From assembly GCA_002633005.1 (NCBI GenBank), contig NMRA01000075.1, positions 1,010,426 through 1,074,425 on the forward strand: a DNA stretch of 64,000 bases, read 5' to 3'. Shown here piece after piece: positions 13,134-26,974 of the stretch. Below the pieces are notes generated by a model. That model was not told where the DNA came from and searched no databases. It was given only the letters and a program-made list of their open reading frames with translations. How positions within the stretch are numbered: position 1 is the stretch's first letter; each line of letters begins with the position of its first letter. The position numbers and the translations under genes were made by a program. Source of the stretch: Phoronis australis. Taxonomy: Eukaryota; Animalia; Phoronida.

Positions 13134-16100
13134 GTTAAAAGCAAACGGATTGGTTTTAAAGAAAACTAAGACAACATACATGGTAGCCACAAAGCTCTAA
13201 TTTTTTAGGTCATTTTCATCCAGTTGTTAATCATTTTCAAAATGAAAGAGTCAGTTTTAGTTATAACTACTGATGATAATCTCCTATGGTCACCACATAT
13301 ATACTATCTGTTGAGGGAAATCATCTGAGTCTTCTCAATCACATCAAACATTGTCTCTCATTTGGCAACTGTGATGATCTATTTAATAGTCTTGCCTCAT
13401 TTTAATGATGTCATATTGCTATGGGGTTGTGGTCACCATAGAATATTCCAATTAGAGAAAACGTTAAAAATTGTCAAAACAACCTGTTGAAAATTTTATG
13501 CTACGAAAGTCAAAATCTTGAGAGCCTCATTCCCAGCTGTCTCGTACGTAACTATTTTTAAAAAAAATCTGTAGTTTACTATATTTTATTGCATATTGAT
13601 CTGAGATTTCCTTTTTTCTAAAGCGCAAGTTTTCTGATGATTCCGTGGTCAGCGGTGTCTTCGGGTCCTTCACGGAAACTTCATCAGCTTTATGTATTTA
13701 AAAAAATGTACCTGTCAGTGTTTATTGTAACTAAGCGCATTGCCGCTACTGTGACTAGGAATTTACCAACGTACTTTTTGGAAGCGTCCGTTTTACCGAA
13801 TTCTCTTTAAGTCCAACAACCCTGAGCTCGCAAATTAGTGTTACAGGAAAGTGGTGGGACTCTCGTTCAACTTTAGGTATTTTAAATGCCTATATTTAAA
13901 AAGGTTTCGCCACCTTGGCCACTATAAAATAAGTGTGACGATGCCTCTATTGGCAACTTGAAACGGCCCTTGAGAAAATTTCTCCCAAATTCTCCACATA
14001 CTAAACATTACAGATGGTCTCGGTAGAGCCCGCCGTCTGGTGTTTGTCTGAAAGTGCTCCAGTGGTGCGTTTTTTCTTGATAGGATCTCTTTCGAAAATA
14101 CCCTCGAAAGTGACTTGGTTGTGTAACCAATACAGAGTTGTAAAATACCGGAAGTGGCAGGATGATGATGAGGGCAGTATGCAGTTATAGACTATACCTT
14201 CAGTTGGTGACTGCCGCAGTGGAAATCATTGGATGCTATGACTCGGCATGTACATACACCAACTAATACCACGTCGAACTTTAGTTTGCCTCAAGCTGTT
14301 CACGTAACCGTCGAATGGCAATAGTGGGCAAGAAGAAGTTTGAATGGAGATGATAATTTGTGCGTTGTTTTTCTCTTCGGTTTACTATTCTTAATTTGGA
14401 TGGTCGATCTTAAAGCAAACGTACTTGTTTCAATTCTGCAAGGAAATGTAATTATTTCTTGAAAGACATTCGTACGTCACCTCCGTTTGTGTCTTTCGAT
14501 TCAATAATTCCAGCGGGGATTATTAAATCAAAATACACACTTGGACACACTATGATTAGGTTTAATCAAAACTGATGAAAGAAACGCCACGTTATTCTTT
14601 AGCACATTCAATTATATTCATAGATTCCTAACTGCTTCTAGAGGTTTTGCGAACGGTTAACGAATCGGAATAATGAAGGTTCCAACAGCCATCTCATTAC
14701 GAAAGAAATCGATCTTTAGCGATGAACAGATTGAAACACCATTTATCAAAACATTGACTCCGCAATCGTTTATATCCAATCAACACTTTGTATAGCTACA
14801 CCTACTAACAATCTTCACTATATATAGAATGACGAATGCCATTGCCTACCTGGACTATTGCTGTTTTGTATTGTGGAATTTATTTGATGATTTGCTTTTG
14901 TTGTTAGAGACATCGTCTCCGCCTTTTGTTATTTCTGGAAAATGTTTAAATCTCGGCTCAAGATTTTGGCACTTAAAAGCACTTTTTGCGATTTATAGAT
15001 AGCTGCAGGTACAAGCACTCAGGGGGCGCTCGATACGCTTGTGTGTGGTTGGCAGTGTACCTGCCAGATCTGACAAAAAGATTTCTTTGTCGACAAAATT
15101 CACCTTTTTCTGTATGTCATGTTTCTCATGAAATGTTGATTGTCACCAAGTTGCGACCTATCGAAAACGTTCCTCGTGACATTATTGGGTTCAACAAGTG
15201 ACACTGGGCCCAATCGCGCATAACTGAGCGTTCACCGTGACAGAGCTGAGTCGCGATCTTCAGCCCCATTCAACAATCTGGCTTCGTAGTGGTTCTACAT
15301 AGTAGTTAATAATACATCAAAAATGCACCACGACTCACTTATAAAATGAGAGATGTTCAGTATGTCGCAACGAAGCATGCAGGTTATAGTAGGAGGCACC
15401 ATTAAAGATGCCCATCGCTCATTTTCAGGACGTCATCGTACAGCTGGATCTCAAATTCGGGTTAAAGTATGATGGCTTATGTCAGTGGACAAAGACTGTC
15501 TGGTGGAGAAGCCTAAACTGATCCATGCTCAAGCGCAATCTAAGAATCTGAGTCTTAGGCGCAATAAATTAAATGGTGGAGTCATTTCACAGAAGCACAC
15601 TTTTTCGCGGCATGGCCTACATTGAAATAAACACTGCACAGATCCGTGTTCGCGGAGGGCTGAGTTTACGGAACCACCGCAGCGAAAGACCAAAAATTTC
15701 CGTCTTCCCTCTAGTCAAGTTACGCTAATGAACTTCACAAATGTCGTTTCTCAGAGTGTGGTAGTATGCGTTATCCATTTCAGCTTTGGGCGTACACATA
15801 CCGACAACAAATAAACATGATTGTAATTAACGGTTGTGTTACAAATGTATATTTTCTTGGATTGCGCTTTTAGTTGAAACTATTGATCTGAACACGATAC
15901 GTTTAGGTTCGTATTTAGACTGGTGTGTGACGTAGAGCTAGCGTAGAGTGATGACCTCCGGGTACTCCACCCGGAACTGAGAGGTATATATGGGACGTGC
16001 CTCTCAGATGAGTAACTTTTCAGTCACCATCTTTTTCGTCAAAATTCCGTACGAAAAGGTGCCTAGGGTTCCCTTTCTTGACCCGGCGACACAAACCTCC

Positions 16101-17249
16101 ACTAAGGTCGCTCTAGTAACCTAATTTTAATCTAGGTGTTCATCCTGTCAGCTCAAGTGCCAATACAGTCCATTACTCCCGACAGGAAGTCCAAAGCACA
16201 GCCATCTTTGTTCCGGTTTCTTGTTTCGGAGTAGAATCCTTTATTTTGGTTTCAAGACCATATTGCAAACTTTAGCAGGACTGGAATAGATAAACTTACC
16301 ACCGGCCAAACTTCCCCAACAGCAGTTAGTGAAATGTATTCGGTCCATTTATGAAGTGTAATGTGAACGGAAACAGGGGTTTTCAAAGATGGGGCAGTAT
16401 GGGACTTTAAAATACGGTGAGTTAGTGTTCTTTTAAAAGTGACATTACCAGCGAAAAGGCGTTTCTCGAATCAGCCGTAACGCAGAATCAAACATGCACT
16501 TAACTGACAAATGCCAAAGTAGTTAATGCGTATTTAACTGGTAGTCACCGGCCTTGATTTTATATAATGGCTTGTAGGCAACGGCGACTCGGAGATAGGG
16601 CGATTTGTAAGTTAACGGATTTTGTTCATGTCTCTGGTCCCTTCGAACAACAGTGCCAAGAATCTATTTTCGGCCGTGAGATCGGTAATGTTCCTTTAAT
16701 TAAACACGATAAAAGAATGTACCGAAGTGCATTGATTGTTTCAACGAGAAGACTTACCGCCGCTAATTTCATTTAGTCCAGTTTGAAGGTTGTGGCTTTC
16801 GTTTGACCTAATTAGCGCTGCGCCGAACTTGAGTCGGAAGATATTGACGAAAAATTCAAAACGCCAAAAACGCTTGAGGGTTTCTGGTATATTTGTGGAA
16901 ACTTGTATTCGATTGTGGCTTATTTGTAGCTTCATTGACTTTTAGATTTTCATTCTGACGTCGTATCAAGTAAGTCTTGATTTAATTTATGCAAAGTGGA
17001 TTCTTTTAACAACTGTTCCAATTACTCTGATGTATTTTAAAACAAAGCCGTTTCAATAAACGGGGTTTGCTAAATAGCATCCGTTTGAATATCATGTAGA
17101 ACACTTTAGTCTTGGAGAGCTTAGGTCGCATATCATGCGCACTGGTCTACTTGAGTCACTCAGCCTGGTGTCTGCCTTAGACAGTAATCTTCATGGTCGG
17201 TACGAAAGAGGGAGATTTTAATGAGAACTGTCAGGGTGATAACACTAGG

Positions 17250-17530
17250 AACTAGAGGTAGGGTGTATCGCCATACCTTCCATAGACGAGAGTACGCGCG
17301 TGCGTACTAGGAAATATAGGTTCAGATAAAAAATGGTGCTAGAATTGGAAAATGTTGTAAGGAAGGCACGGAGAGCAGGGACGGACGTGTGGACTGGCAG
17401 ACGAACGGACGGACGGACGGACGTGTGGACGGGCAGACGAACGGACGGACGGACGGACGTGTAAATGGACGGACGGACGAAGGTAAGGAGGGAGGAATCG
17501 CACTGCTGTAAAATAATTTCGTCACTATAA
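17250..17530 (-). mobile_element. Non-autonomous Helitron/Helentron-like element with (GTCC)n microsatellite
   Basis: On the minus strand: 5' ttatagtgacga, (TCCG)n-type tract at 17378-17480, short inverted ctcgtctat, terminal hairpin aggta...tacct (17256-17278), then CTAG|tt. Confidence 0.65.
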
Positions 17531-18056
17531 CATGGATTCGCACTCTTGTCATATTTAGTCAAATCAGAGGTTGCTGCCTTGATCTTCCTGCGAATCCGCA
17601 GCGTCCTGTTGCAGTGGGCACACTTGACTTCGTTCTTTTTGGTTTTGCGAATGAATTATACTACTTTCGTTCCTGGTTTTGTTTTTGAAAAAAAAAATAA
17701 CTTTCAGTTATTTCAAACGTTAGAGTTATTTGATTCACCATACTTTTGGACACTAAAGCCATTCAAAGTCAGTGGTATAACGCAAGTTTAGGGATAAATG
17801 TACACCAGAGGGCATGGCTATCAGCACAGAACTTTAAATGCACCTGTGAGAGTTCAGATCTTGGGTCACTCATTTTCAGTTTTCGGGATGTGGATTAATG
17901 AATGAGTTTTGGTTGTAGGAGGTTGAATGTTTGTTTTAAGGTCTACCTTCGTTACCAGAGATTTTTAAAATAACTTTTCAACTATTAATAGTAAACCCAT
18001 AAAACGATATATTTTTAAAATCCTTGGAAATCAGATAATCTTAGTTTGTCCAGAGG

Positions 18057-18427
18057 TTCGTTATCACGTGTCTGTACTTTTGTAAAAATCAAAACTTTCC
18101 ATAAATTCGATTTTTTTTTCGCTCAAAACTTTCAAATTCTGTTTCTTTGTTTTATTATTTACAAAACAGTGCCTGAGATTTTCTTTAAAGGCTTTTGAGC
18201 CCGAGAAATCTGCTGTCAAAATTCAAGACCTCCGTTTTTTTTAAAATGTTGAGGTCTTGATTTTTGGCAGCGGAATTCTCGGGCTAGGAGGCCTTAAAAG
18301 AAAATCCCAGACCTCATTTTGTACCTAATGGAACAAAGAAAGAATTTGCAAGTTTCGAGCGAAAAAAAATAAGTTTATGGAAAATAGGGCCGTCTCCGTG
18401 AAAAAGTTGCAGTCACGTGATCCCGAA
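18057..18427. mobile_element. Foldback/palindromic element, ~170-bp imperfect arms around a ~20-bp spacer
   Basis: gagcccgagaaatctgctgtcaaaattcaagacctc pairs with gaggtcttgatttttggcagcggaattctcgggct, and pairing extends out to atcacgtg / cacgtgat. Confidence 0.75.
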
Positions 18428-21136
18428 TGCCCGAGCATAGCTCGGCCTCGTCCCCAAGCCTCAAGATGGCGCTGACCGGTTCAACCATTTGAGGCTTGGT
18501 TATCTTATCGGAAATAAAATGTGTCAGAATTATGACACATTTTTACGGAAATCGCCGAAATATCACGAGTAATATATTGTTACACCAATTTTAAAATTTT
18601 CTGAAGTACAATATAACAATGAAAAGTAACGGTATATTGTGCCAATTTAGGTCTAAATCATTGCAAAAATGGTGTATTTCTATTCGAAAACTGATTAATT
18701 TTTATGATACTAAGAAAAAAGATTTGAAAATAAGTACGCCAATAACCTTTATTTCAAACAATATCAAAACAATGCCTTCTGCTTCATGAATGGCAACAGC
18801 AACGCCTGCCTTTGTTTGAATGACTTCAAAGCAGCGGCCAAATCATTGCGCAGAAAGTATTTCTCATAACCAAGCCTGAAATGGCTAAATTGAGGGCGAG
18901 GCTGAGCATTGCTCTGATGCACGCAATAAGATTCTGTGATACTCAATGATTTTAAAAATAATATAGTTTATGGGTCTACTATTAATAATTCAAAAGTTAT
19001 TTTAAAAAATAAACCTTTGGTAACAAAAGTAGACAGTGACCTTAATTTTGGATTTGTCAGAATATACAAGTTTGTTCGGGAATAACAGGCGACTTGACAA
19101 GTATAAGTTTTTCGTAATTGTTGATAATTACGACTGAGAACGGTAGTCTGATATATGCGCTTCCGTTTTAGCGTGTTAGACCATTTCAAACATGTTTTAT
19201 CTTAGGAGGAAACGCAGGACAAGTACTGTCTACACAGGTATAGTGATTTCGAAATGTTCAGAACAAAAATCGGTTCGTTCACCTGTTTATGTTGCTTGAT
19301 GAAACGTGAAGCGTATTGCTATCATATACTTGCGCTAAACCAGCCTATCAACACAAAATTTCCGTGAGTATAGGCTAGGTGAAAAATGTCCTGTACCGCA
19401 CCTACTTGTGTCTACGCACTACTACACTACTGCATGTAGATGCGAAGTTGGCCAGGGAGACCTCTTCATCTCATGAGAATTTCTTGACATTTACTTTTTC
19501 CAGTAACCTTAAAATCGTAATTATTGTAATGAAACTCGGCTACACAGTAATGGTCATTTGAATAGAACCAGTGAGGACATTATTGAGAATGAACACGTTC
19601 AGAGGCAAATGAACAAATGGCGAGCCAGCAACTGAAGCCTGCAAACAAGAAGAACGCACGCGTCTGCTAAAATTTGAAAGTAGCAAGTAGCGGGAGACCT
19701 ATGTCTGATTGAAAGCTAAAAGCCTCGCAAAGATTGTCACGTCTACCTGGGAAAGTTACCTATAGTGTAGGTACTAATCACCTACAATCACCTATCTTAC
19801 AAGAAAGCTACATGACATTTATGACATAATATTTGTTTTGACGTGATGACGACTTCATTACTACTCAGTCATTTCCGAGACGACTTCGGGCGCGTGCACA
19901 CTCTATAAAGCCTATCACGTGGATAAACCCTGGGACGTGGGTTTCCTGTAATGTGTCTATGATTGCTGCTACTTGCCCACCTTATTTTTTTAGTTTGTGA
20001 ACGTATGCCAGCCTGGTGCTCAACTGCGCATGCGCAAAATTGCCTAGCTCTCTTGTGCAGTTCACTCAAATTCACTAAAAGTGTTTAACACAACCAATAA
20101 ATTGTAGCCTAAAACCAGGAGACTGGGATCGTTATTTCGTTGAGAATGTGTGAAGTAATTTGCTACTCTTATTATTTGAACGCTCTATTAGCTTAAATTA
20201 GTGAACGCTGTAAATGCGGTCAATATTTAGATGGCTGGGCCTATGTTATTCTGTGAGTACTGGAAGCGTTTCTAAGATTGTGGACGTCTCATATTCCTGG
20301 AATTATAATGATTGTGCTTAGACAGGTTTCTGCACCTCAATATTACGGTTGTTTAAATTGATTAACAATTATTAAAGACTTCGACACGCAAACTCTGTTT
20401 TAAAATAAAATTGGACACTGAGCATACACTCTTGCTGTTATGAAATGAAGAATTAGAAGTGACATGGTTAAAATCAGTTTCGCCTTTACCTTAAGAACGT
20501 GGTTACATCATTATTGCATCATACCTACATAGTCTTAAGTGTGAGAAAGGATTAGTTTTGTCTGGCTAATACAACGTGTTAACAAAAAGTTCCGTAACTC
20601 TTGTCGTGTTGATCGGATAAAAGTGATCAAATTTGAACAGCTATAAAACAGGAGTGCGTCAGCGACATTACTTGAAATAATGCTCCATGCACTCCACTAT
20701 AATCATTCGTCATTTAGTGTAAACAGGGCTTCAATTAGCAAGGTATGTTTTTTACACTTAGCGCAAGCAAAACATAGCTGCTTGTGGGTACACGAAACCA
20801 GCCATTTTTGAATGGATGACGCGGGTCAAGAAAATAGGATCACTGGATATGATCCCAGAACAGAGTTATTACACACCAAAAACGAGGTTTACGTGAGATG
20901 TTACGAGCACAGTTTGTGTTTGTGTGTTTTTCCCTACTCGCTAAGAAGTAAATCTGTGTTGAAATATGCAGTGCTCTGGGTGAAAGCTCTATGCATAACA
21001 CTTGCATAAGCAAACGAGTTTGCAATAACTTAATGAATGAACACCGCGCATATCAGTATAAAATGTTGTAAAGATTCTTCATTCACGTTCGTGCGTGAAG
21101 TTGATTGTTTAGTAGGTGTCTGTAAGAAGAAGATAT

Positions 21137-21299
21137 CAGTGGCGGGTTTAGGGGGTGGAGCAAGAGGGCCGTGCCCCCCCCCTAAAATTCTTTCAGATTC
21201 CATTTTGCAGTTAGGTGTGCGATTGCCTGCCGGGCAAAATCCTCAGGGAAATACTCTGCCCTACACCTCCCCCTACTCAAAATCCTGGATCCGCCTCTG
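21137..21299 (+). mobile_element. MITE, CAGTGGCGG family, short form (163 bp), 5-bp TSD GATAT
   Basis: gatat|cagtggcgggtttagggg ... aaatcctggatccgcctctg|gatat. Lacks the central insert seen in the 9033, 26975 and 54376 copies. Confidence 0.9.
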
Positions 21300-21346
21300 G
21301 ATATCCAAAGAAATTCACTGACGGAATATCCGTTTAATACTACTAC

Positions 21347-22155
21347 TTCACTAGGCTGTACTACAATACTGATGACTGTCACTGCACTAAGCTGTACTAC
21401 AGTACTGATGACTGCCACTGCACTAACCTGTATCACAGTCCTGACGACTGCCACAGTACTAAGCTGTATTACAGTACTGATGACTGCAGCTGTACTAAGT
21501 TGTACTATAGTACTGATGACTTCCACTGTACTAAGCTGTACTACAGTACTGATGACTTCCACTGTACTAAGCTTTACTACAGTACTGATGACTTCAACTG
21601 CACTTAGCTGTACTACAATACTGATGACTGCCACTGCACTAGCCTGTACTACAGTACTGATGAATGCAACTTCACTAAGTTGTACTACAGTACTGATTAC
21701 TACCACTGCACTAAGCTGTACTACAGTGCTGCTGACTGCTACTGTACTAGGTTTTGCTACAGTACTGAGGACTGTCACAGCAGCAGACTGCATTGCAATA
21801 CTGATGAACGCAACTGTATTAGGCTGTACCACAGTACTGATGACTGTCGCTGTACTAGGCTGCACTACAGTAGTCATTGCAGCAGGCCTCACTGCTGTAC
21901 TGATGACTGCTACTGTACTAGACTGTACTACGGTACTGATGAATGCCACTGCAACAGTAACTGCATTAGGCCGTACTACAGTACTGATTACTGTAACTGC
22001 CCTAGGTTGTATACTACAGTACTGATGACTGTCATCGCACTAAGCTATACTACAGTACTTATGATTGCACTGCACTAGCATTTACAACAGTAGTGGTTGG
22101 TGACGCTTGCACTGTGCTGAACTGAAGTAACAATAACTGTCGCTGCACTAGGCTG
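21347..22155. repeat. 36-bp minisatellite, ~20 copies
   Basis: Unit gctgtactacagtactgatgactgccactgcactaa. Explains the 12-aa periodic ORFs on both strands. Confidence 0.92.
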
Positions 22156-22808
22156 CAAAATATCAGCCATAGTGGATTTCAAAATGGCGGCCTGCTTAAA
22201 TGAAAAAATCAAAGTGTGGATTTTGTAAAGTTAAGGACGAAAATGTATCATTTTCTCATAAAATTGTTTAAGTAGGTGTACACGTTATTTTTGGTGTGCC
22301 TATCAAAATTACGTTACACTATCACCATGGTTACTAGACGCCTTCTTTAGAATGTTGAAAATGCTGACTCAGTAGTTTGTCATCCAGATTCGTAACTTTG
22401 AAAATCAGGAGCAACAAGTTCACGTGAGAAATTTTCAATGACAAAAATTGAGCGCAGTCACATTGGATCTCAAAACTCCAGCAAGAATCTCATATTAAGT
22501 ACTGCTTTGGTTATTCATCTCAAAGAAAATTGAGACTAGTGTCAAAACTTACGTGTGTGTAATATGTGCTAAAGGATTTATTGATAATTTTTGAAGAAGG
22601 TGCAAAATACATCAGCCATAGTGGATTTCAAAATGGCTGCCTTAATAAGCAAACGTGTGTATGGGTTTTGTTACTTTGAATGCTTTTAATGTCATAGCTT
22701 TAGTCTCGAACTAAAGTTTTTGCTGCATAGTTAAGACTAAACAGTAAATTAAGACGCGACACTGGAATGATGTTTTCTTGGTGTTTTCATCGATTAGGAA
22801 CATACTGT

Positions 22809-23080
22809 ACAAAATCGCACGTTTTTACAACAGAACCATACGAAAAGGGTTAACAAAATCGCACGTTTTTACAACAGAACCATACGAAAAGGGTTAACAA
22901 AATCGCACGTTTTTACAACAGAACCATACGAAAAGGGTTAACAAAATCGCACGTTTTTACAACAGAACCATACGAAAAGGGTTAACAAAATCGCACGTTT
23001 TTACAACAGAACCGTACGAAAAGGGTTAAAAAAATCGCACGTTTTTACAACAAAACCATACGAAAAGGGTTAACAAAATC
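22809..23080. repeat. 44-bp tandem repeat, 6 near-identical copies
   Basis: Unit acaaaatcgcacgtttttacaacagaaccatacgaaaagggtta. No unique spacers. Confidence 0.95.
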
Positions 23081-26000
23081 CGCCTTTCCTTATAAAATCA
23101 ATTTTTGATTGAGCCGATTTGTGAAATTGGTCTCAAATTATTTCTTAGTCAAATTGGGCGTGATTTCGTTCTTCGAAAGTTCAATTCGTAATTGGTTGAG
23201 ACGAAGGGCCTGTGTATTGATGTCTGCAGTCAAACTTAAAGTTGTTTTTTATCTTTTGTCTTTGAATTTTACTCTGCTAGGCCTACTGAGTAGGATAAGG
23301 ATTCCTGTCATTTGATTTTGGAGTTGGAGACATATTGTCTGACTTTTAGCCTAGCGAGATGTCGTGATACGGGCTAAGCCAACCGTAGACTGATTTTTAT
23401 CCGAAAGTCAATAGACAACAACAGCCCCCAGGCTCTACAAGATGGCCGAGCATGGTCTTGGTACATGTAATTACGGTTTGTCAGTTCTTTGAAAAACTAG
23501 AAATCACTTTCCATTTTAGTACGGGACATGTTGATACTAATTCTATAGCAGGAAGTGGTCTCAATCTAATGTTTTCTGGCAAGGAATGCAAAGGATCCAA
23601 GAGAAAAAACGTTTCATAGTGTTTTAAAACCCTTGTAAAATGATTGTGATCTGGGAAAATCTATAAGAATAGCTGATTTCTTCATAAGAAATCACAAGAA
23701 ATGGATTCATTTTAATCGTGCTAACTCTCTAAGGGGCCGGATTTCTAATTTCCCAGTTGCACATTTAGTCAAAAATATAATCAAGTACGCCTCATGTGCG
23801 AATGAAAGACTTTACCCGTGTTTTATCAATTTTCGCCAGACTTCTTTAATAGTCAACCAGCTTTCAAATAATTAAAGTGGCATAAAATCAAGGCGTTGGC
23901 AAGGAATTTCTTAGTCTCGGAACATCTTTGTCTGCATAAAAAAATTGAGTCGATCATAAATTTTGGCTGTGATATTTTCAGCGATAACTTCTCTGTTTCT
24001 AACATCGAGGTATACCAAGGCATTTAACATACCTAAAGTTTTTTTCGCGTCCAAAACGACTTTTAAAGTCGCTCAACTAGCCAAATGCGGTCTCAATTTC
24101 CAAGATGTTCCGAAATTTTCTTGGTGAAATAATTAAGGTCACAGGGGTCAGTGTGCGCTCAAATAATCACGTTATTTTTTCGGTCTAGTCAGAACTGTAA
24201 AAATGTCAATCATGGTTTGTGTTATTATTCATAACACACACAAAACTGAATGAGATACCCTTATTTGGCATTAAAACGTTACCATATATATGTTTATGCG
24301 TGTTGCCCATGTGCGTATATCCGAAATAATCAGTTCTTCTGAAGCCCAGAAATCATTTCCTATGTAAGGAACAGGGTGAGACAATAGTCTTTCTAAACCA
24401 AAAGTTGTTATTGCGCCTTTAGATTAGGAAGTTGAAATGAAGGTCAGGGTTACATGATGAGTACGATTTCAATATGAATAAAAACACGCAGCATAATAAT
24501 TGAAGACCGAGTCCTGCAACTTTTTTGTTTATCCTTGGTTTGACTTATTCTCTTGACAAATGAGAGTGCTCATATCTTGGGTGGCTACACTGAAACAGTT
24601 CGGTGGTGACTAATGGTCTTTGGGGAAGACGGATTTCCCAAATCGGTATCAAACGATAAAAATGAGTATGTGCACCTCACCAGCCTTCACGCAGATTATT
24701 GCCAGTAGGGTTCTTTGTTGTATGAAGGTGCGATTTTTATTCCCAAAATGGCTAAATCTTAGTGTTTGACCTCAAAATGGACGCCTTGGTTGTCCCCTTG
24801 GGATTCTGCCATTGACTTTATAGTAGAGCACACGCATACATCAAAGATTTGAACATTGATCGCGAACAAAGTCAGTCAGCTAATTCGCGATCCCCAAGTC
24901 CTTATTTCACAACTGAGAATATAGTTTGATACTGTTACGTAATCTTTGTCTATTGTTTTACTGCAATGATCATGTCCGGCCCAAACTAAAAACGAGCTTC
25001 ATTTCTTTCTAGTAGCCTCTACTGGAAGTAGAGATATGTCACATGAACCAGGTTTATATTCACTTATGCTCCATAAGAATAATATTTACTTAAAATATTG
25101 ATTATCTCGCAAGTGAAGAAGAAGTAAATGTTGTTACTGGTCTCAGATAAAAATGGGTAAACAAAAATGTGTGAAAATAAAGTCACATCGTATCGGCTGC
25201 AGCTAAAATTTTTGAAAATAGAAATTCATAAGTTTAAGTCACGTACCAGAGGAAACAAAAGTAGATTACGTAATATCGTAATTAGTCTACGTGGATACCT
25301 CTTCATGGCACGTGTAACAGCTCGGAAAGGCATAAATGGCTCTTTTGAAATTAACAATATATAAGCAAACATCTTAACACCAAAACTAGCCTCATGATTA
25401 TAGCATAGTGAGGAACTAAGCCACATACTCTTGTGCTCTGTTCTCGCCGCTTTGTTTAATTTCTCAATAGACTGAGTATTGCGCTCTTTGTCACCACTAT
25501 TATTGTTTACGCAAGTCTATTCAGCTACTCATTTGTCAGTCATATTATTCTATAAGCAATTTATATAGTTTATTATTTTGAGGTGTTAATTGGTATTTGC
25601 TCTTTTATGGATCTCCACGTGAAGAAATTAATAAATAAAGGTTAACATTTTGTTTGCTTCCTTTACAGTAATAGCAACCAGTGTATATGTGGTGTCCGCT
25701 CAAAGATTCTCGAAGAACGAAAACCATTTTGAAGACTTTTTGGACGAATGGTATTATTCAAGACGATCGGCTCGTTGGAAATATTACTCATTGGCGATAG
25801 GGGGCCTGTTGATTTATCGATTCTCGTGGTATGTCAAATAAAATCTTGATGAGCGTAGCAGACGATCATCTTATGCGTCGCTCGCCAAGTTCGTAGTTCA
25901 CAGCTTCTCGCTAAGATCGTCTGCGCAGTGGAACTTGTTACCGTAAATACACGTGTGTATAATTAATTTGGAAGAAAAGGCAAAGTGCATTTTTGCTGTT

Positions 26001-26458
26001 TGGCAGTTACAGGTGATCGACTAGGTAGCGTTGATTTATTCCGGAACTTGGGAAAAGGGAGGTTTGATAATTTTGGATATTTGTGACTATTAACAATCTC
26101 TTAAAGATACACGCGTGTATCTTCTAGCTAGTTAAGCGGGAAAGTCAATGCGTCGCCTCGAGACTTCAGACTGAATTAATGCGTGAAACTTCATTTGGAA
26201 GACAAACCAGCCGTTACAGAAAAACAGACCACAACAAATACCAGGAATGATGAATTTGGCCGACCTATCACGTTTCGTCACCACGCGGTCGTAAAAAGTA
26301 ATAGGCAATTAAGTTTATGCAAAGAAATTGTAGAGGAGTTTTGTCATAAGATCACCCTTCTTTCTGCAACTCGGACATTTGGATAGCAGAGGTGCAGCGC
26401 GAGCATTGATCACACGTGTGAAATTGGCGGAGGAAAGCTGCAAAGAAACTATACTGAA

Positions 26459-26744
26459 ATGTCTAACAATTCGAGTGAATTTGTGTATTTCGACGAACAC
26501 GGATACATTCGTATCCCGTTGTATAGCAGTATATTTTTACTAGCGATTGTGGGTAATATGTTGGTGATAATCACTCTAATACAGAACAAAAGGATGAGAA
26601 CGGTGACCAATATGTTCCTGTTAAATTTGGCCGTAAGTGATATGATGTTAGCTTTCTTCTGTATGCCGTTTACCCTCATCCCGACGCTGATGCAAAACTT
26701 CATCTTCGGTGAGCCTGTCTGTATCATGATCAGGTACATGCAAG
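26459..26744 (+). CDS. CCKR: Cholecystokinin/sulfakinin-type receptor (class A GPCR), coding exon 1: N-terminus, TM1, TM2, start of TM3
   Basis: LYSSIFLLAIVGNMLVIITLIQNKRMRTVTNMFLLNLAVSDMMLAFFCMPFTLIP closely matches CCKAR-family TM1-TM2. In-frame stop upstream at 26384, N-glycosylation sequons NNS/NSS, and a phase-1 donor CAAG|GTAAGT. Confidence 0.93.
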
Positions 26745-26974
26745 GTAAGTCACGTGCTTGTATTGCTCTGGCGTTAGTGTTTTGCGGTCTGACTAATCAA
26801 TTCCTACATTTTTCTGTTCTACTCTGCGAAGCCTGTTTACCATTAACGCACTAATTGACAATTAAAGGAAAGGGGAAAACCAGACACGTCCCCCTCAAAA
26901 ACGATACTTAGTTTGAATTCGATCTGTCTGTTTGATTGAACACTCCAGTTAAAAGTTCGAGCTCAGCCAGATCC

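Noticed and set aside
21182-22078. Thr/Cys-rich 12-aa repeat ORFs resembling beetle antifreeze proteins
   Set aside because: Several frames on both strands are open because the 36-bp unit lacks stops. There is one Cys per unit, no signal peptide and no splice context, so it is best explained as a minisatellite.
22809-23080. CRISPR array
   Set aside because: Head-to-tail repeats with no unique spacers, eukaryotic context and no cas genes.
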